This document shows, one piece after another, positions 35,961 through 48,650 of a DNA stretch of 64,000 nucleotides; positions within the stretch are counted from its first letter, which is position 1, and each line of letters opens with the position of its first letter. The DNA lies in contig OZ281496.1 in assembly GCA_965637545.1 (NCBI GenBank), forward strand, positions 13,578,001 to 13,642,000, in the 5' to 3' direction. The notes below the pieces were generated by a model, which saw only the letters and a program-made list of their open reading frames with translations, ran no database searches and was not told the origin of the DNA. Position numbers and translations under genes: made by a program. This stretch comes from Phallusia mammillata. Its lineage: Eukaryota.

Positions 35961-36989
35961 AGGTACGTACATACATGTAGGTCAGCAATCTCAAACTGCT
36001 TTGGGGGCAAAAACAAATTTTTAAGTAAGCCGAGGGCCGAACTTTTGAAACATTTGTTACAGTGCAATGTCAACAAACATATTACCACAGGAAATTTTCA
36101 CTGATGCCATTAGCTTTGTTAAAAAACAATGTTGTAGTAAATAGCAAACTAATATACAGTGCAACAAAGTGAAAGAGTCAACTGTGCTTTTATTGCTTTG
36201 TGTGGAAAAATGCCATACAGTGACACAACAAATGCAATTGCTCATTTCAAAGATGTGGTATTTCGATCATGCCATTCATACTAGAGAATGACTATATTGT
36301 GTAAACTCACTGGTTCGACAAGGTATTTCGCTTGAGTAAAACACATTAAAAGTTACTTCGCGGGCCGCACCCCGAAGTAGGTCTTGTATGGTGTAGCTAA
36401 TTATATGGTATAAAATGACACATCGCATTAACTTTTTTTGTATTTTTGAACAAGTATAAATAACATAAACATGAAACAAGAAAACAGCAAATAATACACA
36501 ACAACTCTGTACAATTGAGATGCCTTTTTTTAATAAAAGTTCCATTAACAAGTTGGTCCCTTTCATCAACAGAAATAAACTTACCATAAAAAGTTTTTGC
36601 TATTGTTGTGGTTTTAGAAATTTTATGGTTGGTGCCAAGTTTGAGAAAGTGGAAACTTTGTTAGTCAAAGTTTAAAAAGTAGAAACTTCGTCAGTCAAAA
36701 ACTCAAAAGTTTGATAAAGTGGAAACTTTGTAAGTCCTGTCTTAAACCACAACACACATTATATAACACACAATGAATATTTATTTTGTTCACATACCCA
36801 CAGACAATGTGCACAAAGTAAATGTGAAAAAAACAAATTCTATACACATATGAAATTGTCTTGTTGCAACTGAGTAAAGTGTATGCAAGAAGTAATGAAC
36901 TGCAGATGACAGCGACAGCACGAAATCTGGTCAGTTGTTACTTTTGTTACTGTAGTTCAAATTGAAATTTCTTGAAATGGTTTAAAAAA

Positions 36990-37600
36990 GTCATTTTCTG
37001 TATTCTGTAGATGAACTGGATCCACTTTGCATACATGCAAATAACCACACCACAGCTAGTGTAATCTGGCTGAAGGGCGTGTTTTAGTACTGTGTGCTGT
37101 GACAGAAAAAAACAACATTTAAATCTGCAGTTATTGAATAGCTTTCATTTGGATCTAAATAAATTAGAATCTGATTGACAATATCTACCATTAGTAAAAC
37201 CTAATGACGTAGAGTTGGATTCCAAGGAATGAAATGAAAACTTTGGGTTGTCAAGGTGATTGGTTGAGTTGAGTTTGTTTTGCTTGGTGAAAGACAGCGC
37301 AGTGACGACACCATTGCACCAAAACAATCACCAAGCCGGAAATAGCTGCGCAACGTTAAAACGTTATGAAGCGCAAAAAAGTGTCTGGCACAATTGGTGG
37401 ATAGTGGTACAACGCGCTGCAGCTACATCGTATTATAAGGCTATGGTGGATGATGCATACAGGTGTTGCATAGCATCCATAAAAAACATTGATGATTTCG
37501 TCATACAACCATCCACTTTGAAACTGGTAGTCCATTGACTCCAAGATTATTTACGTACGATATGTTGACTTCAATTGCTTGAATTTGAAGGTAAGAGATG
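36990..37600 (-). pseudogene. Ulp1/C48 SUMO-protease-like domain, decayed
   Basis: GWLYDEIINVF (37514), FIPWNPTLRH*VLLMVDI...YLDP (His 37204-6, Trp codon changed to TAG), LQPDYTSCGVVICMYA (Cys 37052-4). Confidence 0.7.
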
Positions 37601-38459
37601 TGGTGTGGTCCTATTCCTAAACCGATTTCGCGGAGGATTGGTGGTGCTGTCAGATGTGTGATGTGAAAATGTAGAGCCAACGTTTAGCGGTATGCCAGAA
37701 ACTTGTGTAAGGGGTTTTCATCATGTTTGCAAACTTGTCACATCTTGCAGCAAACTTGTTTTTTGGGTGGAATTCTTCGGGAAATTGTATCAAACACTTT
37801 GTAAAAGTGATTTTTTTCGTTTTCTGTTTCCTAATCCTATTCAGCTTGATTTTAAATGTGCAATCACATTTTGTTTCTGAGAGAACATCCTGTGTTGGCA
37901 TGTCATAAATTAAAATTTTGATCTCCTCCAACATCTCAGTTATTTCCTTGATGTCTTGCTTGGTAGGTGTTTTTAGTTTTGTAATGTCTGACTCTGTGTT
38001 TTCACTTTCACAGACAATGCAGGTTTTTAACTGATGTGTACTGGACATCCTTGTTGCTACTCTTAAGTGATTCGACTATATCAGGATCCAAGGTCATGTA
38101 AACAGAATTCGCTTTCACAGAAAAAGCAGGTCATTCAACTGATGTGAGCTGGACTACTGTTAAGTGATTTAACTATTTCAGGATCATGTAAACATTATTG
38201 GTGCACCAATCAGGCAAGCTGTTCCAGTTTACGCCAGGACAGTGCTGGTTTCAGCAATTTGAAGCTAAATGTTGATTTCTAAAGAAGACAGAATACTTAC
38301 CTGAAAAAGATGCAATGGAGAGTATTGTTGCTGTTGGAAATTATGCTTTGCGGTTGAATATCATCCGCTGTCAAAATTCGCGTAATGCAGTCAAGTGTCC
38401 GTCAATCCGCGATGACAAACTATGCAACTACTTAACACCACAGCATTAATGTAACCGCT

Positions 38460-38790
38460 GTACAGGTGTTGGTGAAGGAAACTGATTACCACAAGCGAAT
38501 TGTCCTAGAGTCTTGGAACATCCATTCATACGCCAACTCAATGAACGAACAGAAACTATCGACCGCTATGACACCACCGAGCTTGTTTCATCACTGCGTT
38601 GGTGCAAGTTTGCAGCCGCGCGATCTACTTATCGCTGTTTTTGTTGTGTGTTTTGCATTTCATCGCTTTATTGGAATTTTGTCCTGCAAGATATGTCATT
38701 ATCCTGATGGAGGCGTTCTGTACGGACGTCGAAACGTAGATTGTTTACAAAAAAGCTGCTGGAAGGGCAGTGCCTGGCAGCAATAGTCGA
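38460..38790 (+). mobile_element. Penelope-like 3' end (GIY-YIG tail + pLTR with hammerhead-like motif)
   Basis: KETDYHKRIVLESWNI...MN; ATC-CTGATGG-A-GGCGTTC-TGTAC-GGACGTC-GAAAC-GTA-GAT at 38701-38741. Confidence 0.65.
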
Positions 38791-40232
38791 TTTCTATATT
38801 ATGAAGATTAGGAAACAAGTAAAGAATTTCCAGTTTCAAAAATTTGTACGTAGTGGTTTCTAGTTTCTACCTTGTCAGCTTGTGGCATACTTAAGTTTAA
38901 CGTTGGTTAAGTTGATAGTCGTCGTGCATTAGGATTTTCCTTGTTTAACATCGCTAAATACAAATTTGTTTCTTATCTGCAAACTATGAACATTTCGCCG
39001 GAATTTTTCAAACCTATAAATGTATTTCACTAAGCTCTTGTGGTAATTTTTCCAAAACAAAAACAGTTGGCAGGTAAGTGACGCCCTGCCGTAGTGTGAA
39101 ATGATTTTGTTACGAAGCAATTGGGACGCCAAACAATACACATTTCATATTTTTCATGCAACGTATAAACAAAAGCTCGCTGTTAATAAACGCATGAGTT
39201 CATGTCGCATGGTCACGGACAACATTTTGGTCAAAGAAGGGTAAAAAGCTATTTATCAAAACAATTATCGATTGTCAGCTAAGAAAACGCAGATTAATAT
39301 AAACCAGAGCCACTGTATTAACGTGCCTGGTCACTTCTGCTCTAACCAATCAGAGCTCTCTGCCGCGTCACAGTTGAGTTGTGTTATTTAACGCGATTAC
39401 CCTTTTCCGGCTTTTAATTTTTTTTTTGCTAACGTTGGTTGAGATTAATGTGGTCCAGTACGTATTAATCAATACATGTATGTGCTTAAATTGACGGTAA
39501 GGTAAACCTTGACGGTAAAAAGGTACAGATATGGTGTTAAAATATTTTGCGAGTCGTTATAAGTAGTTTATGGGCGATATCAGTAGTTTTTTTGTGTTTC
39601 TAGGTATTTCATGAATTAAACAAAAATGGCCCTTTTTACACAACAAGATGTGGTACGCTGTGCTGTCACCTTGCGCTGATTCAAATTGTCGTTTTTGTCT
39701 GACATCAAAGTCTTGGAAATAAAGAGTAATTTTTAATTGACGATGTAGTTTGTAACCACAGCATTACTGAAAGCAATTTTATCCGTTCAGTGTTTATAGA
39801 GATCAATGATTGCGTGTCATTAAACAGTGCATTAGTATTATCATCAACAAAACTTATTTTCAATGTGTCTAATTCCTGCTAAGCGTTTTCTGCACTGGTG
39901 AAAAGCAGATTATGCCGCAAAGTTACAAGACACCGCTGCTTTTATTTTGTGATTCTTCTTTGAGAACCGCTAATGTTACTAATCATAAATAAATAACTTC
40001 CGAACTTGCTGTTCTTTAATTTCGCTGAAATGTAAGCTGGCTATAAAAAGAAACATGCCTCGTCTACATTATTGATATTTTGTAGCAGGGAGTTGAACCG
40101 CTTGTCTTATGGGTTCAAATGTGTATTTTCGGGTTGAGATTTTGTTCGGGCAAATTATCCTGTCCAAATCGGTTTGCAGATTTCAAACTGGTTTAGATAT
40201 TAATTCGTTTAATTTTGATCTTTCGTTTTTGT

Positions 40233-42790
40233 TAATGGTGAAAATAACGGCCCAAATAGACGTAAAAAGCGACATGCTTTATTGTTCAAACGTTTCGGCA
40301 AATGCCATCATCAGTGATATGAAGGCCACATCAGTTGCACCCATTTATATACCACTTTAGTCGCATAAAAGAATGATAAAAAGGTGAAGCGTCGCATAAA
40401 AACGATAGATAAAAAAAAGGTACGCAGAAGCGAAGTGTAAGCCACCTGCGAGTGTGCGTCTGACCAAACAGGTGCAGAGCAACCACGATATACAATATAT
40501 TTACAAACCAAGGAACAATAGTAGGACAGCACGTCACATCAAAAAAACGCAATAAGTTAATTAGGTATTAAACAAATACAGAGGAACCGACTTAGAATCA
40601 ACGTTTAATTCCGGTGTATAGCGTTGAATAAAAATTGATTCCAGTAACATTAGTCGATAGCGGTCCCTGGCTGTCCCAAGCACTTCCGGGTTTTTAAAGT
40701 CCACTACATGGTCTTTGTTGGCCTGAAGGTTGACACACCTCGGACGTTTCGATTTGTTGGTGCTCATGAACTCCTCGCGTTCCAAGGTTTCGCCTGGTTT
40801 CTCCAATGTAGGTTTTGCCATAAGAACATTTCAGTCCGTAAACAACCGAAGATCGGTTGAGTAATCCTTGCATATCTTTATGCACAAATGCTTTCACAAG
40901 CTTTTCTGTGTTTGGTGGAAAATACGTACACGGACCTTTCCGTATGTTGCTTGAAGGATAAAACTGAAGAGTTCTTTCTGTATGCGGTGGTTGATGTCGC
41001 CAAGGTATGGTAGTTTGATGCAACTAAATTTGGTTTTGGAATCCAAATCTGTGGACTTAGCTACATTAAGGTTTAACACCAACCTAATACACCTGGATAC
41101 GAACTTGCCGGGATATCCATTTCATTTATTCCTTTGATGCGCATAAATTTCCTATGCATGTTATTATAGTTACCCTCAATCATGTATGCTCTGTTTAGCA
41201 GCGAACAGGCATGGTTGACTTTGTGTTGAAATGGTACAAAACTGGCCCATTTTGTATCAAGGCCTGTGCACGTCGGCCTTCGGTATGTGGTGGTGGAGAA
41301 ATGTTCGCCTGAGCGATCTACCAACACATCTAGAAAGGGAATCCTTTGTTCTTGTTCAACTTTCTTTTTGAATTTGATGTTTCTGTGGATCTTGCTCATG
41401 TTGTTAAAAAATGTATCGATTGAGTTGGATCGGAAAAAGTTGCGAAAATATCGTCCACATAGCGGCACAGTAATTTTGGTCGATGCTGGCCCGGTGTTGC
41501 GTTGAGAGCTTTGTTAACCACATGGTTCATCATTACGTCTGCAAACAATGAAGCAATCGGTGAACCCATCGCTACGCCGTGAATCTGTTTGCACATTTGA
41601 CTGTTTAATTGAAATGTTGTGGTTGAGGCAGTCCAAAGCAGCAACTTCTTTAACCGACGACGGTTCAAACCGCTGATCGTTTCGGTTCCATTACGGAACA
41701 TGGCGGAAAGTATAAGCTCAATCGTGACGTCAACCGGTACATAGTAAAAAGGCTATTTGCATTAAATGGCCGTAACAACATTGTTGAATTGGCTTTCCTT
41801 GATCCTTGAAATAAACTCAAAAGAATCTTTTATATTGCACATTAGAGTTTTGACATTAGAGTGCGCGAAAGCCATTTCGCACTATCGTGATTGAAGCAGC
41901 CTGCTGAGTCAAGGATAGGTCGTAGTGGTATACTTTCTCTTTATGGATCTTAGGCAAGCCATAGTGTGGGTGTTCTGGCCGCCGTAGATCGCATTTGGAG
42001 ATAGTCCTCTTCAATGAGGGCGCCTTTGGTTTTGAGGTAGCGCAGGCAATTTTGAAGTTTTGTCAGGTTGCTTGCGTTATCGTCCTTGCTGCCAATAACG
42101 AACTTGCTGCCACCACTTAAAATGTCATTCATTTTGTTGACATATGCCGTGCGATCTAGAACAACCACGCCATTACCTTTATCAGGTTTCGTAATGATGA
42201 TGTCTTGGTTGGTCGCTAGATTCCGAACACTGTTAAGCTCTTCTGGTGAGAGTGCAGCTGTGTGCTTTTTTCGTTGAATGAAGAAGGTTGAAACATATCG
42301 ACTGTAGAGGTTCATTAACTTTTGCTTTAGTTGCACACACTGATGGTGCGACAGGACTTGACGTCGTGATATAGATGTTTGAACACGACTTGGATGCACT
42401 TGATGTTAATTTTGGTTGGAAAGTGTGCAAAGTGGAAGGATAAGATCAGATTGAGTGAGCGCGGTGTTCAAAAGATTTCAAACTTTATGCGGTTCGTTGC
42501 CTGTAGATAGTTTTTTGTTGATGCGTTTTTCGGCTCGTTGTTTAAAACTGAGCCTACTCTAACGCAGGAAGCGTCTTGCGTAGTATGATGAAAGAAAACC
42601 AATATCCTGGAGCAGTTCACGCAATCTTTCGTTGTGTAGGTGTGGGCACGATTGATGTTCCTTCCTTCTTGTGGGCCGTATTTCTATTTGGGCCGTTATT
42701 TTCACCATTAAACTTATGAACAGATCCGTATATAGTGTTCTTTCGTTTTTTTTTTTCAATTTAATAAATTCGTTTAAATTAATTCTTTCC
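40233..42790 (-). mobile_element. Penelope-like element (RT + GIY-YIG), near full length, frameshifted
   Basis: ITKPDKGNGVVVLD, GVAMGSP, RYVDDIF, IPFLDVL, VVYGLKC...YIGET and LLESIFI in successive frames. Confidence 0.9.
40286..40317 (-). ncRNA. Minimal type-I hammerhead ribozyme-like motif
   Basis: UCA-CUGAUGA-U-GGC(AUUU)GCC-GAAAC-GUU-UGA: intact core boxes, 3-bp stem I, 3-bp stem II, loop-less palindromic stem III; lies in the Penelope 3' end just before AATAAA. Confidence 0.55.
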
Positions 42791-44432
42791 ATGGTCTAAC
42801 TGGCGTTATCAAACTTCAAAATAATTTTTACAGTGTATTGATATTTTAATGCGCCTCATAACCGTCAGATGTAAGAGGAAATATAATGGGAAGATTCTGA
42901 TCTTTTCCAATAATTAGGGTAGACTTTCCAGTCTGTAATCTATTTGTTTGTTTATCTTCTACCACCTCAAAACGGTTTTCCACTTTTTCGATTTTAGGGG
43001 TGCACTGTGATTATCTGTAATTAAATCTCCGACTTTCCAACCCTCCACATCCTTGTCGCAAATCGATTTTATCTTATTGGGTCCTAGTTGTTTCGCCACT
43101 GGTAACAAGCCGGTTTCGCATTTTTCAACTCCCAGCAATCTTTTACAAGATGTGAATTTGGAAAAATACGTTATAGTTGTCTCCGTAAACCAAAAGCTAC
43201 ATTGACTCTAGCTGTCTCGATTTGGGATTCGTGTTCAGTGTGCTTTAGAACGTATGTGGGCAGCATTCGTGCCTGTGTGCTCGCTAAACGGCCTCTTTAT
43301 AAGGCCGAGAGGTCATTACAAGGATTGGTTTGCGTGAAAGGTGGTTGATGTTTACTTAGGCCCAGGCACGTCAGTATAGTGGCTCTGATTACACTAACGT
43401 TTCGTATAATTTATGAAAAATGTGCTGACACGCGGCGCATTTTGGGCTAAAGTTTGCACGTGCACAACATAAGCAAGGGGCACATAAAGAACTGCTCCGA
43501 CATACAGTTTTAAGAGATATAAAGTTAAGATGCTTGTTGTTAACGCTCAAACCTCCTACAATAATGGCTCCTTGTCCAGTTTGAAAACCGCATACCATTG
43601 CGTTGTCACTGTGAAAACAGGAATGCTTTGGATTAGGTATATCTAATTGTGCTGAGCTGTTTAACAACAATCAGTAAACGTACAAAAATCTGTAAACACA
43701 GCATAAAAAGACGAAACTGTGTAAAGATGCAACTTGGTTGTAATGGATTACTAGCTATTTCGGTTGCAAACATGCGAGTAGTCGAAGTTTGTGTAGTTTA
43801 CAAATTTGTGTTTTTGAAAACCTGCAAAATTATCAAGGATTCATCTTTTTCGTTATGTTTTCATAAGATCGAGTAGCTTTATCGTAGTTCCTTGCGACAA
43901 AAGCCTGATAAGTTTAGCATTATATCAGTGTTTTTGAGACAACCTTGAAAAGATTAGAAGCGTGATAAGTCTTTTTTCGTTGATCTAACGTTTACAGGGC
44001 GACTACAGTTTTATGGACAACAGTAAAATTTCCGCAGAAGAAAAAACATTAGTTTTATTTTTGTGTGTGTACAAAAAAATATTAGTCGTAGTTGTCAGGA
44101 CTCAATTCTTTCCGTTGTTATCTTACTTGTTCAAAATGTGTTAGTCGAATGCCACCATTATATTATTAGACAGAATCGTGGTAATTGTATTTTGTCGTGT
44201 TTAAGCTGGATTTTCAATGATATCTTCTGGTTTCGATTCTTTGCACCCTTACATAACTCGATGTCGTATAGCTTCAGACAAACAATTGCAAAAACGAAAA
44301 AGCGTATTATGGATGTGGCCACGAAAAAAATTACGTAATACCTTACAAAATGTTTTTGTTTATGGGGCGACCCGTGATTTACCTTACATTTATATCTACA
44401 CTAGTTGATCAGTAAGCCATAAGAAAGACGGT

Positions 44433-44951
44433 TTGCTCTCAAGCCAACTACATGCAAATGTTCCAAGAAAAATGTGTTCTGAAAACATAAGACATCCTTG
44501 CAAAAAGTCGCTGAAACGACCTTACAAATGTGAGTTATGCGAAAAATCCTTCAGGCGCAAATTTCACCTCTCACGTCACGTGATGACTCACACTGGAGAG
44601 AAACCCTATATTTGCACTGTGTGCAAAAAAGAGTTTACTCGAGTTGGTAATTTCAGAAGACACATGTTGATTCACACTGGAGAGAAACAGCATCAATGTG
44701 ATGTTTGTGAAAAAGGGTTTGGCCGACTTGGAGGTTTGAAAAGACACATGTTGATTCACACTAGAGAGAAGCCACATCGATGTGGTGTTTGTAACAAACA
44801 GTTTAGTCTAGTTGAACATTTAAAGAGGCACATGTTCACTCACACTGGTGAGAAACCACATCGATGTGATGTTTGTGAAAAAGTGTTTCGACAATTTGAA
44901 CATTTGAAATCACACATGTTCACCCATAGTGTAAAACAATACCATCCATAA
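44433..44951 (+). CDS. C2H2 zinc-finger array (5 intact fingers), probably a terminal exon
   Basis: Five CxxC-x12-HxxxH units with TGEKP-type linkers; a relic sixth finger near 45070; upstream exons not resolved. Confidence 0.8.
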   Translation: MLSSQLHANVPRKMCSENIRHPCKKSLKRPYKCELCEKSFRRKFHLSRHVMTHTGEKPYICTVCKKEFTRVGNFRRHMLIHTGEKQHQCDVCEKGFGRLGGLKRHMLIHTREKPHRCGVCNKQFSLVEHLKRHMFTHTGEKPHRCDVCEKVFRQFEHLKSHMFTHSVKQYHP

Positions 44952-45269
44952 TATGTTTGCAAATCGAAGAATAGGACGCATGTCAACTTGCCATTAAAGA
45001 CAAACAAACCACCAATGCTAGTCTTGAATTACGCTGAAGTAGAATGTAAAGACACAGAATAATGCTCATTGATGTGATGTTTGTAACAAACGCTTAGCCT
45101 TTGTAAAGACACATACGATAAGTAGGGCGATTATTTTTTGACCCACAAATTGAAAATTTTGACATATTTTGACTTCAAAAAGACAAAATTTGGACCTATG
45201 AAGAATTAAAGTACTTAAATTACGCAATATTGTCCAAAAAGTTAAAATGTGACTTTAGGCTAGTCTAAC

Positions 45270-46205
45270 TAGTGTTGCACCGAACCGACCAAACAAGTTC
45301 GGGCCGAAACCGAATATTCGGCCGTTTGGCTGAAACTTCAGTTTTTCAACAGTGGATGTTTTCACCCGAGTCTGCTGTTGTTTGCGTGGAAATATTTCTG
45401 AACTATTAAAAATTCGAACCGGCCTGAAAGGGAATCAAAATCAAGCTTCACTTTATTAGAGGATAATTGTTTACCTAAAGTGCGTTTGAAAAGTTTCACA
45501 ACAATGAAACAAATAGCCTGTCTGTTACAGTCTAACGGTCTGCTTAAACTGTAAATTCGATTGTAAGTGAGCAAAACAACTTGGCTGTTTAAGCCAGCAA
45601 AATGACTTCTGTTGAGTGGAATTTTTTTGTAGCAGATGAAAGTGACCCATCAAATGCAAAGTGTAACCTGTGTCTAGATAGTAAAGGCACGGTATCAAGA
45701 GGCAATAAAAAACGCAGGGCCAAATCGTGGACAACTTCCTCTTTAATTAGTCATTTGAGCAGATACCACCATAATGAGTACCAGAAAAGAAAATCAGAAC
45801 AAGAACCCTGTCAACCTTGTACTTTAAACAGCAAAAAAGAAACAGCGATTTTGGAGTAACTTTGTGTACCTAAAGTCTGGGACATTTACCACTTTAAAGC
45901 AAAATTAATATTAGCAAAAATAATGGACATGATAGCAAAAGATAATCAGCCATTTTCCGTTGTCGACACGATGGCTTTCGGTCTTTACTGAAACATCTTC
46001 AACCACAGTATCAAATTCCATACCGAAAATACTTTGCAGAAACTTTGCTTCCTAAAGTGTATGACGACCAACGAAACATGTTAAAAAACGAACTGGACAA
46101 GGTCACAAACATCTCCGTTACCTCCGACATATGGACAGCACCAAATAACCTGGAATCTTTTATCAGCATAAGCGGTCATTGGCTTTTGCCAAACTTTAGC
46201 TTACG
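45270..46205 (+). mobile_element. BED-finger hAT (ZBED4/Ac-like) 5' remnant
   Basis: End TAGTGTTGCACCGAACCG; BED finger WNFF...AKCNLC...TTSSLISHLSRYH; DNQPFSVV and SVTSDIWT...FISISGHW; truncated at ~46205. Confidence 0.82.
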
Positions 46206-46769
46206 TTGGTTCAACCAAACGACAGCAGCAATTTACTGTGCTATGCGAAGTTATTTTTGCTTAATTTTAACGTGACGAAGTCGCTGCTACATGCACAAAC
46301 TTTCTTACGCTGGCATTAAGCGTTGTACTTATTGCTTGGGTTTCGAACGCAGTACATGTCAAGGCCAAGTATTCGCTTTCATAAGTGCTTATATTACTGA
46401 ACAAACGCTCTAGCGAATGCAGTAAAATATGAATTTTCGGTTTTCAAAAACTCCTTTGAACAGATTGAGACGTTCTTTTCCACGCTCTTTAATGAGTGTC
46501 AATTAACATGTTGCATTAAAGTAGACCCTACTTTAATTAAGAGACGTTGATGGGATGTGTTCACTGGACTAAAGCGGTGTCCGTTTTTCAGGTTAAAAGT
46601 CGCGATGAACCATAAAATGGATTAACTATCTAAACTTTTAACCTTTACTTGTAAAAAGATTTTGGGACTTGTCTTAACTCGAACCGCTAATGACTTGACT
46701 CGACTTGAGACTCGAACCCCTACTGAATTGACTTGTGACTCTACTGATAGGACTCGTTACCAAACCCTG
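46205..46769. repeat. Second copy of the 20387-21538 element, lacking the nested MITE
   Basis: Collinear similarity to 20520-20659 and 21219-21538; same right end GGACTCGTTACC(C/A)AACCCTG. Confidence 0.85.
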
Positions 46770-48335
46770 GTTTGCAGTTTTCTGTCTACACACTGCTATT
46801 TTGACGTGGCCGTCATAAAAAAGTCTGGTTTCCATTCCGGGCTCCATTATTTGCACGGATTTCGAAATATCTGAACTTGTTTCATTTTGGGTTATTAAGC
46901 TTGCAGCCACGTACCCGACCTTGGTTATAAAACAGAGAAAAAAAGGGGGAGAGCATACTTCGTAGTTTTAAAAGTTGCATCCAAAGGACAAATTTTATGA
47001 CCGTATCGAAAAAGGAGTCTCTTTTGCCAGGCGTATTGATAGACAGAGCAAGATATTTTTGCTTTAGATGATTGGCATGCTTCCATCAACTGAAACATTT
47101 AGGTTGCTGAAGGTCAAAATAGAACTTTGTCGCATGAACCTAGATTTTGTTCACTCTTCGATGTGTTGCACTGCGTTTGCCTGATCTAATTTAGATAACT
47201 TTCTGCCGCAATATGCTTTATGAAAGTGGTTCCTTATAATACGAGTTTGTTTTGTTTGTCGGGAGTCCTCCTTTGAAATTGTATGTGTTTTTTGAAGCCA
47301 ATGTCCCATTCTTGAACCATGATTTTGTCTTTGCTGCAATATTTTGTTTATATTCTGCTGCACGTTCGAGAGAGGGTTTCTATCAAACTACACAATATCC
47401 CAGTAAAAATATCTTCCTCACAAGTCTAATAACATAATTACACAGTACAGGCGTAATACACAGTTAATGACAACAATCAAAACAGGATCATGTTTAGCTC
47501 GATAATAGCAAAAATATCATCAATACTAAGTTGCACTAAATCTTCATGTCAAACGTCTGCAAAGCCTAAATGTATCAACTCTGATCATCCTGGTTGGATC
47601 GTTGAGCATAAGCTTGAAGTTGAAAGCAACGGCCAGCAGTAACATGTTTGAGCAGAGCAGTTTTGCAATTTTTCTTGGGCCTAACTAAACAAATGGTCTG
47701 TGTGAAAAATTACTTTTTTGACAAATTATTTCATCTAAAATGTTTGATACATTTTACCCTTGGTAATTTCAATACTCACCTGTATAAATAAGCTCAATAA
47801 ATTTTGCAAGTCCCTGATGTTGAATCTGGAGCAACTTCACTATGTCTTCTTCATAAGTTCGAATTGTGCAATTTCAGCTAATTGAGATGTAACATGTTCC
47901 GCTCAAATAGGGCGGTTATTTTTTGACCTAATAAAAGCAAAAGATTGACATTTCGTGTATTTTTGATTAAATTTAAAGTGAAACTCTGAGAAGTCTTTTG
48001 GCATTGGTCTGAAATTGGGCGCCACAGATAAATCTTATAAACTTTCTGAACTGTCATTTGGAACTAAATGTCAAAAATTCAGATCTCTTGATTGGGGTGC
48101 TTTTTGTTTAAAATGGTTGAGACTGTTTTTATCAAATAACCCAATGGTATACATGGAAAAACTTTCTTCAAGGTGTCAAATTCTGTTTCCATAATAGTGT
48201 TATTAGAATCAACACAGTAGTCGCAGATGCCATCGGCTTGCTTCCCAGGAACTGATATTCTATCCAAAAATCCCCGAGTTTCGATTATAGTTTCCTCCAA
48301 AGATAAGTTCATTTTAAAATATTTAGTTGTTACAT

Positions 48336-48650
48336 TAGGGTTGCCATATTTTATGAAACACAATCCCTGACAAAATTTATCTCGGTTGCGTGAACCCAGT
48401 TTTTCTCAAACTTTAAGTCTAAATGTGCTCACGTAAGTCTGAGTGTGTATTTCAGAAAAACGAAAGTTGATTGCAGGATTTTAGCTAGTTATGCAAAATT
48501 GCGCATAACAATGATCCAAATCGGACATCACAGACAGGACAAAATCATTACAATTGTGCGCGAACAATTGCATTTTTTAGTTGTCATGCAATAAAGCTTA
48601 TTGTTTAACAATGGAGACGGTCGATTCTCACTTGAACTTTGATTTCAACT
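48336..48650. repeat. Blackjack-type end plus ~215-bp module
   Basis: First ~85 bp nearly identical to 20729-20815; 48437-48650 is the reverse complement of 20855-21072. Confidence 0.85.

Noticed and set aside
38293-38303. ATACTTACCTG resembling the U1 snRNA 5' end
   Set aside because: No U1 body follows; it is the reverse complement of an ordinary splice donor CAG|GTAAGTAT.
42900-43060. Possible CR1 3' relic
   Set aside because: Only vague similarity (GDLI-like); no continuous motif.
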